64,000 nt of DNA from a virus, in IMG/VR virus record IMGVR_UViG_3300023179_007063, positions 1 through 64,000 of that record; one strand, written 5' to 3'. The notes beneath the pieces were generated by a model that was not told the DNA's origin, made no database searches, and saw only the letters and a program-made list of their open reading frames with translations. This document shows, in pieces, positions 8,599 through 17,600 of this stretch. How positions within the stretch are numbered: the stretch's first letter is position 1; every line of letters starts with the position of its first letter. The position numbers and the translations under genes were made by a program.

Positions 8599-11500
8599 TC
8601 AGTCTCCGTCGATTATCAAGTCTGTTTCTTCTGCGTCGTACTCGGACTCACTGAGGACTTTGCGTGAAGATACAAATCCCTCAGCTCCTCTATTTTGAAA
8701 CTTACTGGTCTGTGACATGTTCTTGAGGGCAGACATTACATCGCCTCCAATGCTCGTCTTAATCTTTAACTCGCCAAGCGGATTTCGTAGATAGTTTCTC
8801 GTCCACTCTGCGTCATAGGGATCTTTTAGACGGCTGTTGTCAGTCATCTTCTTGAAGTCTGGCATGTGTGTCTTTGATGGGCCGCTATGACTAATTCTCG
8901 CCCTGTTGTACAGAACTCTGTCGAGCTGTTTCTGAGCCTTGACAGGGACGTCTATGTCGTCAAGTGTCATCTTGACTGGGAAGTCTTCATCGTCATCTCT
9001 GTCGTCTCCTGCTGTAAGCATGTCTAGTTGTGGGTCTTTTTGAAGAACGTCGTCTCCTGCAAAGAGAGATTCTCCGCCCTCTTCGCCTCCCTCTTCAGAG
9101 CCGGATTCTGCCTCTTCACTTTCTTCACCGCCTCCGAACAGGTCTTCTTCGCCCTCTTCGTCTTCCGCAGGCTTGGCGTTCTCAATGGTCTGGTCAACGA
9201 TCTTCTCTTTGAGACGTTGCTCGTCTATCGTTTTGCACTGCTCTTCATTAAGCCCCCAGATCTCCTTTCGGATAAATTCCTTGGACATCTGACCCTCAGG
9301 AGCAGAACCTGCAATTTCGAACTTGGCGCGCCAAAGTTCAAGCTTCTGCTGTTGAGCAACAGTCGACGGATTTGAGAGTCGAAGAACGAAGTTTTGTAAG
9401 TCTTCAGAGTCGAATCCGTGTGCATACAGGTGGATGATTGCTAGCTTGTTGAGTTCTGAGACGACTGTCTTCTGAATGACATTGATTGTTCTAGAAAATC
9501 TGATGTCTTCTTGGGCGAGTGTAGCTTTCGAAGACAAAGCTTCGTCGTATCCGAGATAAGCTCGAGGTATCTTGAGAGCAGCAAACAGCTTCTTCTGAAT
9601 GTATGCTACGTCCTCAACGGCAGCTGTATTCTGTCCACCAGCCAGCGTGTCGATCTTTGTGCCGCTCTCTCCTCCTCGGACTGGTATGAAATAATCTTCG
9701 TCAACAGACAGCGGGTTGTATCTCAGATCAACTCTTCCTGTCTGTCTGTCTATCACTTGGTTTGATCGAAGGTTCTTCCTCTGCTCTTCGACATACATTG
9801 GAACGCTTTCGGGTGGTATGTTTGCTACATCGATGTAGAACACTCTTCTCTCTGGGGCACGGACGACACGATAGACGAGCATCGCGTCCTCGATGAGGAT
9901 CAGCTGTCTCCAGATTCTGCGTGCTGGTTCAATGACAGATGATCCGTATGGAAGGAACATGTCGTTACCGAGAAGACGGAAGTGTGTAACTTCCCAGTTC
10001 TCTAAGGTGCGATTGCCAAGGGTGACCCATCGATAGCGAACCGCCATGGGATCGTTGGGATCGTAGTTCTCTTCCCTCTCTATCTCGTTGACAGGAATTG
10101 GGAATGCGTTGATGACGCCGTGTGTAGGAGACACGTCGTTGTAGAGGAACATGTCACCGTACTTGACGAGGTTACGTACCCAGGAACGTAGGTTGAATTC
10201 GACATTGAGAGTGTTGTAGAAGAGGTCTTCCAAAATCTCTCTGATCTTCTCATTGTCAGAGTAGATGTGAAGGACTCTGCCTTTCTCGTCCTGGGCACAC
10301 GTCTCGTCGGCATATATGTCAAGTGCCGCTGCGAGCTCAGGAGTGTTGTGAGAAATGACAGCATCTGTGGCGAAGTTCTTATAACCGTCAACTGTTAGAT
10401 CGAATAGAGGAATGACACCGTGGTACTCAACAGAGACGACCTTGAGATTGTCATAGGAAGAAGAGAAATCGGTGAAATGTTTATATCCCCTCTCCTTCAG
10501 TCTACCGTCTATTACGTGCGTCGTGGTGTTCAGTAAAGCAGCTAGCTGTCGCTTAGATGTACCCTTAGAGAAAGCTGCGCATATTCTATCAAAGGTTACT
10601 GTCTTGACATATCTGGGATTATTCTCTCCGTTATTATCCCAGCCAGTGTTATGCCAGTCTGGGTTATAAGCTCTCGCAAACGTCTCGAAATTTTCGTATC
10701 CATGCTTTCGAAGCTTACGCTTTATGACGTTTGGATCTGTGTCGAGCACCTCACATATTTTACGAGAGTTGAATCCGACTCTTTCAGCGACCTCGAGGAT
10801 TCTACCGAACGTGATGTCCTTGCGTTCGGCAGGATTGTTCTCGGTCATGAACTTAGAGTGGTTCGCCTTGAATTGCTGAATCCACTCAGAGTTGCGTTCA
10901 GACCACTTGGCACCGTTGAGAATCCTTGAGTGAAGCTCAAGGTGAGCCTTCTCGGTCATGACCTGTAGATTCTCAGGTCTGTTGTCGTGCTTGATGAAGT
11001 TGCAGTGGTGAACAACTTCGTCTTCGGACAGCGGGGATCCCTTCAGCATCTCACCGATGACTCTGTGTTCGGCGACCCAGCCGTTCATCTTAGAGCGACG
11101 GTCCATCGTGTAGATCCAGCGGTAACCATCGCCTTCTTCCTTGCAGCCGTGAAAGAGGTCACGTCGATAGAACGGCATCATCGCGTCGCCAGACTTCAGG
11201 TCTTCTATCTTACAGAAGGTTCCGTCTCTCTTCATGAGGCGGTGGTTTGGTGTGCCGATTATCTTTTGTCCGTTGTCGAAAGTGACCGTGTATGCAACAT
11301 CGACTCGAGTCTGACGGGCTTGTTTTCCGAGAGCGGGGACTATTCGACCGAGGTTGTGGTCGTAAGCGTATACGAGGAATGTGTGTTCCGGATTGCCTTC
11401 ACACTCCTGTGCGAGATTCGATATCGTCCTGTAGCCACCAGGCACTGCGATCTTCGTATCACCGTGTAGGCAATACTCCATCTCGCCGAAATCTTGATAC

Positions 11501-11712
11501 CTCATCAGACGCTCTGAGAGGTTATACGCGTTTGCAGTGATCGTGGCATAAGTCGGCGCCATCGACTTCTGGAAGAGGAGGGCACCGCTGCTCTTTGTCT
11601 TGTCTGCAACTGCTACAGTCGTATCTAGATTACGTAGCTTTCTCTTGACTACGGGTCCACTCTTGAAGAGTCTAGTCAGTTGTTGAAATAGTGTCTTGTC
11701 TTCTTTTGCCAT
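8599..11712 (-). CDS. Portal vertex protein (T4 gp20-like) containing an intein
   Basis: ALDIYADE, PYGSSVIEPARRIWRQLILIEDAMLVYRVVRAPERRVFYIDV, DYFIPVRG, LFAALKIP, EDIRFSRTI. Intein occupies aa 81-456. Confidence 0.95.
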   Translation of the reverse strand: MAKEDKTLFQQLTRLFKSGPVVKRKLRNLDTTVAVADKTKSSGALLFQKSMAPTYATITANAYNLSERLMRYQDFGEMEYCLHGDTKIAVPGGYRTISNLAQECEGNPEHTFLVYAYDHNLGRIVPALGKQARQTRVDVAYTVTFDNGQKIIGTPNHRLMKRDGTFCKIEDLKSGDAMMPFYRRDLFHGCKEEGDGYRWIYTMDRRSKMNGWVAEHRVIGEMLKGSPLSEDEVVHHCNFIKHDNRPENLQVMTEKAHLELHSRILNGAKWSERNSEWIQQFKANHSKFMTENNPAERKDITFGRILEVAERVGFNSRKICEVLDTDPNVIKRKLRKHGYENFETFARAYNPDWHNTGWDNNGENNPRYVKTVTFDRICAAFSKGTSKRQLAALLNTTTHVIDGRLKERGYKHFTDFSSSYDNLKVVSVEYHGVIPLFDLTVDGYKNFATDAVISHNTPELAAALDIYADETCAQDEKGRVLHIYSDNEKIREILEDLFYNTLNVEFNLRSWVRNLVKYGDMFLYNDVSPTHGVINAFPIPVNEIEREENYDPNDPMAVRYRWVTLGNRTLENWEVTHFRLLGNDMFLPYGSSVIEPARRIWRQLILIEDAMLVYRVVRAPERRVFYIDVANIPPESVPMYVEEQRKNLRSNQVIDRQTGRVDLRYNPLSVDEDYFIPVRGGESGTKIDTLAGGQNTAAVEDVAYIQKKLFAALKIPRAYLGYDEALSSKATLAQEDIRFSRTINVIQKTVVSELNKLAIIHLYAHGFDSEDLQNFVLRLSNPSTVAQQQKLELWRAKFEIAGSAPEGQMSKEFIRKEIWGLNEEQCKTIDEQRLKEKIVDQTIENAKPAEDEEGEEDLFGGGEESEEAESGSEEGGEEGGESLFAGDDVLQKDPQLDMLTAGDDRDDDEDFPVKMTLDDIDVPVKAQKQLDRVLYNRARISHSGPSKTHMPDFKKMTDNSRLKDPYDAEWTRNYLRNPLGELKIKTSIGGDVMSALKNMSQTSKFQNRGAEGFVSSRKVLSESEYDAEETDLIIDGD
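10345..11472 (-). mobile_element. Intein (376 aa) with HNH homing endonuclease in portal gene
   Basis: N-junction EMEY|CLHGDTKI; block B TPNHRLM; HNH core EHRV...VHHCNFIKHDNRPENL; C-junction FDLTVDGYKNFATDAVISHN|TPE. Removal restores RYQDFGEMEYTPELAAALDIYADE. Confidence 0.95.
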
Positions 11713-11760
11713 CTTTTTTGTCGACTCATTGTTCGGAATCGACCCTGCGTGGTCTCTATA

Positions 11761-12069
11761 TTACAGTGTTCCTGCTGACTTAGTTGGCTTAAGTGAAACC
11801 TTCTTGACAGCGCCCGGTTTTGTCGCATCGACGTATTGCATTGGAGAAGCGATGATTCTCTGTAAAGTCTGTTGAATGCTGTCGAGATTACCGCCAAACT
11901 CTGACTTTGATTTCTCAGAAGCTGTCTCTTTGAAAGTCTCCACAGCTTTAAGAAGCTTTGTTGCAGAACTCATCATCTTAGAAGCTGCATCGTGATCTGT
12001 TCCCTCTTTGAGTGAGGCGAGCTCTTCTCGAATAATTGCTTGCAGTCTGTCGATCTTAATCTGGGGCAT
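11761..12069 (-). CDS. Small probable internal head protein
   Basis: MPQIKIDRLQAIIREELASLKEG; GAGG RBS before ATG 12069; ATACTTA at 12090-12096. Confidence 0.7.
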   Translation of the reverse strand: MPQIKIDRLQAIIREELASLKEGTDHDAASKMMSSATKLLKAVETFKETASEKSKSEFGGNLDSIQQTLQRIIASPMQYVDATKPGAVKKVSLKPTKSAGTL

Positions 12070-12089
12070 TGCTGATCCTCTATCACACA

Positions 12090-12096
12090 TAAGTAT
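12090..12096 (-). promoter_or_regulatory. Late-promoter-like motif ATACTTA
   Basis: Plus strand TAAGTAT just downstream of the terminase stop, upstream of the portal operon. Confidence 0.6.
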
Positions 12097-12099
12097 CTA

Positions 12100-13719
12100 T
12101 CATCTAAACAACCATGAAAAATCTGTGACACTAACGTGTTTGACGTCTTCTGGCTTTTTTGCTTTGCCCGCATCTTGCGGTGTAAATCCCATTATTTGTG
12201 GATTTGGAACAGGTCGAACTTGGTTAATACCGCCAGGTAGCTCGTTGATGCCTCTATTGCCACGAGACGTTGCTTTCAGCATGGCATATGCCATCTCTGT
12301 AGCAGAATCGGTCGAGGCGTTCTCACCAACAGATAGCCAGACGGCGATTGCCAGGCTAATGATGAGATCGTCATGTGAGTCTTTCGATGCCATAGCTTTG
12401 GCACCGTTCCAGACGAAAGCCTGCATCTGGTCATATAGGCGCTGTGAGTACGTACGTAGCGTTCCATTTCTAACTACTTCTTCGAGCTTTGCTAGTATTT
12501 GTGCTCTAGACTTTGTCTGTGTTGAAAATCCAGGAATAGCATCTGGGTTGACAGATCTATACTGGAACGGGTCGCCACGGGTGTCAGAGTAGTACAGATG
12601 TGGATAATTATTATCTCTTAGCTTCACGCACGTGAAGTAGCCGAACGTGTTCTGCTCAGGACAAATTAAAGCATTGTTATAGAGTTTGCCGTACTCAATA
12701 AGGAGATCAGCTAGTTTATCAGGCGGTACTTTCCCCATGTACTCTACACAAACTTCACACGTATCATAGTCAACTATGTGAAATGCAGAGAAGTCTGCTG
12801 CATCCCCTCGAGCCACGTCGGCAGAAATGACATACTTTCTATTTTGCTCTGGTTTCTTCCAGGTCCAAATAGCATTTTGAGGTCCGGACTTCTCCATGGG
12901 TGGCTTTATTGTCGATCGAATAGACTCGAGATCACCCGGTTGTAAGAACGTATCACCTGAAGAGACGAAGTCGCACAAGAACTCTTGCGCGACTTGACGC
13001 TTCGTGAGGTTCTTCGTCTCTTTGTTAAACCACGATTGATCGTGCTCAGGATGCACGTCCCAGGGAAGCCGAATAGGATTGAAGTCGTTTGCTCCTGTCT
13101 CTGCTTCGACCCAAAGCTTGTAGTACTGTCCCCCCACACCATTCGGTGTAGACAAGATGATTGCAGAACCACCTGTTGACAGAGTCGGATAGAGAGACGT
13201 CCAAATCTCATCAAAGTCTCTGATGAAAGCAGCCTCGTCCACGATGAGCAAAGCGAGTGCTTCAGAACGTCCGGCATCGGGAGATGTAGGAACTGCAGTG
13301 ATGGTTGAACCGTTTGTGAAACGGATGGACTGTCTGGTTGGCTCGAACTTAGTGAGGAGGAGCCACTGTGGCAGTCCATCCAGCATCGTCTTCACCTTCT
13401 TGATGAAGTTGATTGCAGTGTTGAGTTTGGTAGCGATGATAAGGATGTTCTTGTCCTTCTTGAAGATGGCGTACCAAACGACGTAAGCAGCTGAGACCGT
13501 TGAGAGGCCTAGCTGTCGGGACTTGAGAACGATATTGAATCGGTGTTCTTGAAATTGCCTAACACAGTCGTCTTGAAAATCGTATGTGTCAAATGGTATC
13601 AATCCTCGAAGTTGGTGTTGAATCTTGCAATACTTCTTCATGAAGTAAGAAGGATCCTTACCGCACCGAAGGATCTCAGAGACTTGTGCTTGTCGTGAGA
13701 GAGGAGCAGATGATGTCAT
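12100..13719 (-). CDS. Terminase large subunit (T4 gp17-like)
   Basis: Walker A LKSRQLGLST, Walker B LIVDEAAF, motif III STPNG; RNase H-like ISADVARG...DFSA, EQN, HDDLIIS. Confidence 0.96.
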   Translation of the reverse strand: MTSSAPLSRQAQVSEILRCGKDPSYFMKKYCKIQHQLRGLIPFDTYDFQDDCVRQFQEHRFNIVLKSRQLGLSTVSAAYVVWYAIFKKDKNILIIATKLNTAINFIKKVKTMLDGLPQWLLLTKFEPTRQSIRFTNGSTITAVPTSPDAGRSEALALLIVDEAAFIRDFDEIWTSLYPTLSTGGSAIILSTPNGVGGQYYKLWVEAETGANDFNPIRLPWDVHPEHDQSWFNKETKNLTKRQVAQEFLCDFVSSGDTFLQPGDLESIRSTIKPPMEKSGPQNAIWTWKKPEQNRKYVISADVARGDAADFSAFHIVDYDTCEVCVEYMGKVPPDKLADLLIEYGKLYNNALICPEQNTFGYFTCVKLRDNNYPHLYYSDTRGDPFQYRSVNPDAIPGFSTQTKSRAQILAKLEEVVRNGTLRTYSQRLYDQMQAFVWNGAKAMASKDSHDDLIISLAIAVWLSVGENASTDSATEMAYAMLKATSRGNRGINELPGGINQVRPVPNPQIMGFTPQDAGKAKKPEDVKHVSVTDFSWLFR

Positions 13720-14102
13720 GTAATCTCAACAGTCATTCTCCTGAGATAGTACGCTGTTCTCTTGGGATTGTGAACGTTGAAGCCGATTATCTCCAACGAG
13801 TCTGTAGTATCAGCTTCCTTGAGGGATATTGTGTCCCCACACAGGTCCTTATAGACCTTCTTTATGAGGCTTAAGTGTGAGTCGATTATCTTGAGCGAGT
13901 CTTCCTCGCATGCTTGACGCATCTTGATCATCTCTTTTTCAGCAACGAAGTTGATGATTTGACGAAATGTGACTTGGAGTCTGTCTGCACCGAGAAGCGT
14001 CATCTTGACTGAACTCGAAGCCATCAAGGGCGTAGATGACCGTCCCCAAGTCGTGTCGATTGCCTGCCCAAGCGCATTGTAGTCTATCTTCTTATCAGCC
14101 AT
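13716..14102 (-). CDS. Hypothetical protein
   Basis: 128-aa ORF with GGAG RBS, overlapping the terminase start; ATACTTA upstream. Confidence 0.7.
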   Translation of the reverse strand: MADKKIDYNALGQAIDTTWGRSSTPLMASSSVKMTLLGADRLQVTFRQIINFVAEKEMIKMRQACEEDSLKIIDSHLSLIKKVYKDLCGDTISLKEADTTDSLEIIGFNVHNPKRTAYYLRRMTVEIT

Positions 14103-14121
14103 TTTTGAACTCCCGTGATTC

Positions 14122-14128
14122 TAAGTAT
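14122..14128 (-). promoter_or_regulatory. Late-promoter-like motif ATACTTA in loop of 7-bp inverted repeat
   Basis: Plus strand CGTGATT-CTAAGTATA-AATCACG (14114-14136). Confidence 0.6.
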
Positions 14129-14131
14129 AAA

Positions 14132-14425
14132 TCACGCCTGTGTAGTTCTTGTCTTAATCTCCGAGTCGACTTCCTGTTGTGAAGGACGCCAGCCTGATTC
14201 CCATTCTTTTGCACGTGGATAAGCCCACTTTGCAGCACACTTGTCGCAGCAGCCAAACTTTCTATGTGCACCCTCATCATAAAGAGATGTAAGAGCAAAG
14301 CGACACAGTGGACATAACATTGGCGTGTAGTCTGATCGAGATTTCGGTACGATGATAGAAAATCCCGAGGAGTGTTGTGCAATTAGTCTATCATCCAAAT
14401 AGTCTGACCACTTCAAGTCTTTCAT
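14132..14425 (-). CDS. Small zinc-binding hypothetical protein
   Basis: CPLC...CCDKC; translationally coupled to the SbcCD gene. Confidence 0.65.
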   Translation of the reverse strand: MKDLKWSDYLDDRLIAQHSSGFSIIVPKSRSDYTPMLCPLCRFALTSLYDEGAHRKFGCCDKCAAKWAYPRAKEWESGWRPSQQEVDSEIKTRTTQA

Positions 14426-17400
14426 TAGTGCACTACCTTCGAGTCTTTCTCATGCTTCGTTATCTCTATGACATGATCAGCAGCGTCCTTAATACCGTCG
14501 ACATGCGTGATGACCACTATAGTTCTAAAGTAGCTCTTCAATGATGTTAACAATCGATTACAAGACTCTACGCCTGCAGAGTCAAGAGTACCAAAGCCCT
14601 CGTCGACTACGAATATGTCCGGTTTAGGCAGCGATGACACGTTTGAGAGAGCTACACGAAGTGCTATCGAGGCTACAGTCTTCTCCATGCCACTGCACAG
14701 CTCGACTATTCTTCGAGAGTCTCCGTAGTTGATATAAATCTCAAGTGCATCTGAGTCTTCTTCGTTCTCTAGCTCTATCGTGAAGTCAACTATTCCTTGA
14801 AGTATCTTGGAAACCTCGGCATTTATGATTGGTAGCTGCGTCCTTGTGATGACGAACGGTATACCCTTCTTGGAGAATGCTGTCGTTAGAAGCTCTTGAA
14901 GTCGCATCTTATTTAGAAGAGAATCTCTCTGAGACTTCTCCTCTTCAAGCTGTTCGAGTTTTGCACGTGCAGTTCCACACGCTAGAAGATCATCTGATTT
15001 CTGAGAGTCAAGTGTCTTGATACTTCTGTTGAGATGATCTATCTCTGAACGGATTCTAACGACCTCTGCGCTCTCTTTTGAGACAAGCGCGGCAGCGAGA
15101 TTCACCATCTGATGCTGTGCTTCTTCGAGAAGCTTCTTACAAGACTCACATGAAGATCTAGTCTTCTCCAGCTGTGTCTCTCTCTTTGAGATCTCTAGCT
15201 GCAACTTCGCTAGGAGAACCGTAGCTTTTTCGTGCTTCTCTAGTTTGTCATCGACAGAATCGTCACGAAGACTAGTTATTGCATCCTGAGCGGACTTGAG
15301 AGCTTCTTCTGCCTTCTTCGTCTTCTTGTCTTGTGAGACGACCTTGTCTTTAAGCGCATATGCATCTTTGATGAACTTGCACGTAGGATAGTCGTCACCG
15401 CAGGGAACTTCATCAAGAATCTTCAAGGACTTCTTTTGACTGATTAGCAAGGTCGTCTCTCTGTCAAAAGCATGCTTAAGTTCCACAATGGATGCTTGTA
15501 AGGAAGCGACAGCGTCTCTTTTCTTCTTCAGCGCATCTATATCGATGACGTCTAGAACTGTTTGTACTGACTCAACCTTCTGTTGCAGAGCGGCGATCTC
15601 ATCTTCGCAAGCTTCGATGGTTTTTGAAAACTCATCAGACTGATCCTGGAGCTTGATAAGTTTTAATCTGTGAGCATCGACATCAGCTTGTGTCACGGGC
15701 TTTGCATTATGTTTTGAAAGCTCGTCACGAAGAAGTGCCAGCTTCGTTTGTGACTCATTGATGAGAAGTGTGTTCTCGTCAATCCGCTTCTTCAGAGACT
15801 GACTGAGGTCTTCGTTTGCGGAGCGGGCTGAATCCCAATCCCTCTCAGGAAAATTCTTGAGTTGTGACTTCAGGCCATTAAGGTCTTTGTTTGCAGCATC
15901 ATACATCTTGTCAAAGATGTCTAGATCTAAGAACCGCGAAAGTACTGCACGTCTCTTAGTCGATCCCTGAGACATGAAGGGATTAGCCTCTCCTTGTGCT
16001 GACAAGGATGTCATCAGAAAGTCTTCAGGAGATCCTATGAGTGATCTAATGGTCTTCTCGGTATCGTTCCTCTGTTCACCGCAAAGGTCGTCTAGCTCTC
16101 CATCCTCTCTCATGCGAAAGAGATTAAGAGCTGTGGATGCAGAAACTACTCCCTTCTTGTTCGTTGACTTAGAAGTCTGTCTCTCGATGACATAGGACGT
16201 GCCGTTGTGTGTAAGGACTGCTCGAGAAGAGCAATAGTCTTTCCTGACATTACAGACGTAGATGTTCTTCATGGGACCTCGGTCTGTCGTATTGAAGAGT
16301 GAATACATCAACGTTCCAACGATCGAAGACTTACCCGTTCTGTTTGGTCCAAATATGCCAACGATGCCGCTGAGCTTATCGAAGTCGACAGAGTTGCCCT
16401 CACCGTAGATAAACATGTTATCCCACATGAGATGGTTGAGCGACCATTTGGCACCACGAGCCAACTCTTCACCGCCAGAAGCCGAAGACAGGTAAGATTT
16501 GATTAGAGAGGTAGCTGATGATATGTCAGAATCGGTCAGCTTCTCGCCACCGTGGTGGTCCTTGAATAACTTCACTAGAGTGTCTGTGGATCGAAGATCG
16601 GTCTTGACTATCTTCGCGGCGCCTACTTCAGCTGTAGATCTGTCTATCACAACGTCTGACTTGTAGGTGACCTCAGCTGCAGATAGACGCGTCTTCAACA
16701 TCTCTGACAACCTGTGAACGTCGTCTTGAGAAACTTGAACGTCTGACTTGATTCTAAACCTGCTTCCTTTAGGATGCTTCTGAGCTTGTGCGAATGTGCT
16801 CTGCACATCATTGACCCACTGAACTGTCACGTAGGGTCGAAGGTTTGGTATCTCTCTGAAGGAGACTGACCACTCCTTGCTAGTTTCGATATTCCATAGA
16901 AGGTAACCGTGGACTAATTCTTCTGCATAGTTCTGCTGAATCAGAGTGCCAGGGTAGCACATAGTGGCGCGACCTTCTCTGGTGGTGAGATCCTGGCGCT
17001 TGTGAATGTCTCCCAGTAGCGTGAAGTCGTAGTCTTTAAAGAAGTCTGTCCGAAGTCCATCCTCGACAGCCCAGTCCGACTCTGTCTTTGATCCCCAAAC
17101 CGGTCCGTGATAGCATGCAATGTTCACGTCGCCCGCAACAGGTTTCACACTCTCCCATCCCTCCTCATCGAAGAGGGAGAAGACACACAGGTTGACGCCC
17201 GAGGCGATAGGATACACACCTGACCTCTTGTAGAGGTGCACGTTGGGGTCACCCAGGGCGTCCACAATGGGAGAGACGGCGTCCTGTCGTGACGCATTGA
17301 CGAGATTACCGTCATGATTGCCAAGGATGAGGTGGACGGGAGCGACACGGGACATCTCCCTCAACCACCACGTGAGGAGGTCGATGTACTCAGGAGAGAT

Positions 17401-17559
17401 GCCAGTTGTCTTCGTGTGGAAGATGTCACCGCCCACGAAGATGTGGTCTACGCCCTGTGCCTCACAGTCGTCAACGAAGGCCTTGAAGGCGTGTCTGTAC
17501 TCATCGTGACGTGACAGCGAACGGATGTGTATGTCCGCGGTGTGGGCAATTTTAACCAT
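14425..17559 (-). CDS. SbcD-SbcC (Mre11-Rad50; gp47-gp46-like) fusion exonuclease
   Basis: Phosphoesterase motifs ADIH, GGDIFH, GNHD, YHG, LGDIH; Walker A GPNRTGKS; coiled coil with central PCGDDYPTC; signature CSGME; Walker B VVDEGFGTLD; ITH. Start set at ATG 17559. Confidence 0.92.
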   Translation of the reverse strand: MVKIAHTADIHIRSLSRHDEYRHAFKAFVDDCEAQGVDHIFVGGDIFHTKTTGISPEYIDLLTWWLREMSRVAPVHLILGNHDGNLVNASRQDAVSPIVDALGDPNVHLYKRSGVYPIASGVNLCVFSLFDEEGWESVKPVAGDVNIACYHGPVWGSKTESDWAVEDGLRTDFFKDYDFTLLGDIHKRQDLTTREGRATMCYPGTLIQQNYAEELVHGYLLWNIETSKEWSVSFREIPNLRPYVTVQWVNDVQSTFAQAQKHPKGSRFRIKSDVQVSQDDVHRLSEMLKTRLSAAEVTYKSDVVIDRSTAEVGAAKIVKTDLRSTDTLVKLFKDHHGGEKLTDSDISSATSLIKSYLSSASGGEELARGAKWSLNHLMWDNMFIYGEGNSVDFDKLSGIVGIFGPNRTGKSSIVGTLMYSLFNTTDRGPMKNIYVCNVRKDYCSSRAVLTHNGTSYVIERQTSKSTNKKGVVSASTALNLFRMREDGELDDLCGEQRNDTEKTIRSLIGSPEDFLMTSLSAQGEANPFMSQGSTKRRAVLSRFLDLDIFDKMYDAANKDLNGLKSQLKNFPERDWDSARSANEDLSQSLKKRIDENTLLINESQTKLALLRDELSKHNAKPVTQADVDAHRLKLIKLQDQSDEFSKTIEACEDEIAALQQKVESVQTVLDVIDIDALKKKRDAVASLQASIVELKHAFDRETTLLISQKKSLKILDEVPCGDDYPTCKFIKDAYALKDKVVSQDKKTKKAEEALKSAQDAITSLRDDSVDDKLEKHEKATVLLAKLQLEISKRETQLEKTRSSCESCKKLLEEAQHQMVNLAAALVSKESAEVVRIRSEIDHLNRSIKTLDSQKSDDLLACGTARAKLEQLEEEKSQRDSLLNKMRLQELLTTAFSKKGIPFVITRTQLPIINAEVSKILQGIVDFTIELENEEDSDALEIYINYGDSRRIVELCSGMEKTVASIALRVALSNVSSLPKPDIFVVDEGFGTLDSAGVESCNRLLTSLKSYFRTIVVITHVDGIKDAADHVIEITKHEKDSKVVH

Positions 17560-17567
17560 ACTGAATG

Positions 17568-17596
17568 ATTGTATGCCCAAGCAGAGAAAAGTTCAA
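17568..17596 (-). promoter_or_regulatory. Sigma70-type promoter TTGAAC-N17-TACAAT
   Basis: -35 at 17591-17596, -10 at 17568-17573, 8 nt before ATG 17559. Confidence 0.65.
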
Positions 17597-17600
17597 TATG

